Below are positions 63,896-64,000 of a stretch of 64,000 bases of DNA, in pieces. A program made the translations under genes and the position numbers. Positions within the stretch are counted from its first letter, which is position 1. Each line of letters opens with the position of its first letter. The notes beneath the pieces were generated by a model. The model was not told the origin of the DNA, searched no databases, and worked only from the letters and a program-made list of their open reading frames with translations. Origin of the DNA: Octopus sinensis (lineage: Eukaryota); the NCBI RefSeq assembly GCF_006345805.1, contig NC_043013.1, forward strand, positions 24,180,001 to 24,244,000, written 5' to 3'.

Positions 63896-64000
63896 TTTAA
63901 ATATTTGTTGTGCAAGATTTTTTATGTGAAGTCGTGTGTTGAAACAGATATTGTTATATTTCGGAATAGTCATATTGCCAGTTTAGCCATAAAAACACAC
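63893..64000 (+). mobile_element. Penelope-like terminal fragment after (TA)n, running off the window
   Basis: Same family as 53236-53309, in unrearranged order. Confidence 0.55.

Overview
AT-rich, microsatellite-dense animal DNA. The repeat families and (TA)n/(TAA)n/(TACA)n load resemble Octopus, but this is an inference, not a database result. Two host genes are supportable: (1) a two-coding-exon core-2/I-branching beta-1,6-GlcNAc transferase (GCNT1-like, + strand, 20402-21491 joined to 24916-25187, 453 aa); (2) the last exon of a peroxisomal carrier PMP34/SLC25A17-like gene (- strand, 63228-63384). The rest is layered mobile DNA: a nested LINE stack at 1-5.9 kb including a young R4/Dong element in a (TAA)n tract, Helitrons (one 5' end leading into a 38-bp higher-order minisatellite), mariner, rosa, Tigger and hAT remnants, a solo LTR with an exact 4-bp TSD, and several SINE families. 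The most notable signal is a set of unrelated fold-back units embedded in or beside (TA)n tracts, plus minimal hammerhead ribozyme motifs with palindromic stem III. These point to microsatellite-associated Penelope-like elements. The best case is a perfect palindrome with 209-bp arms at 17537-17967 that encodes an intact-looking hammerhead on each strand. Boundaries marked ~ are estimates by eye.
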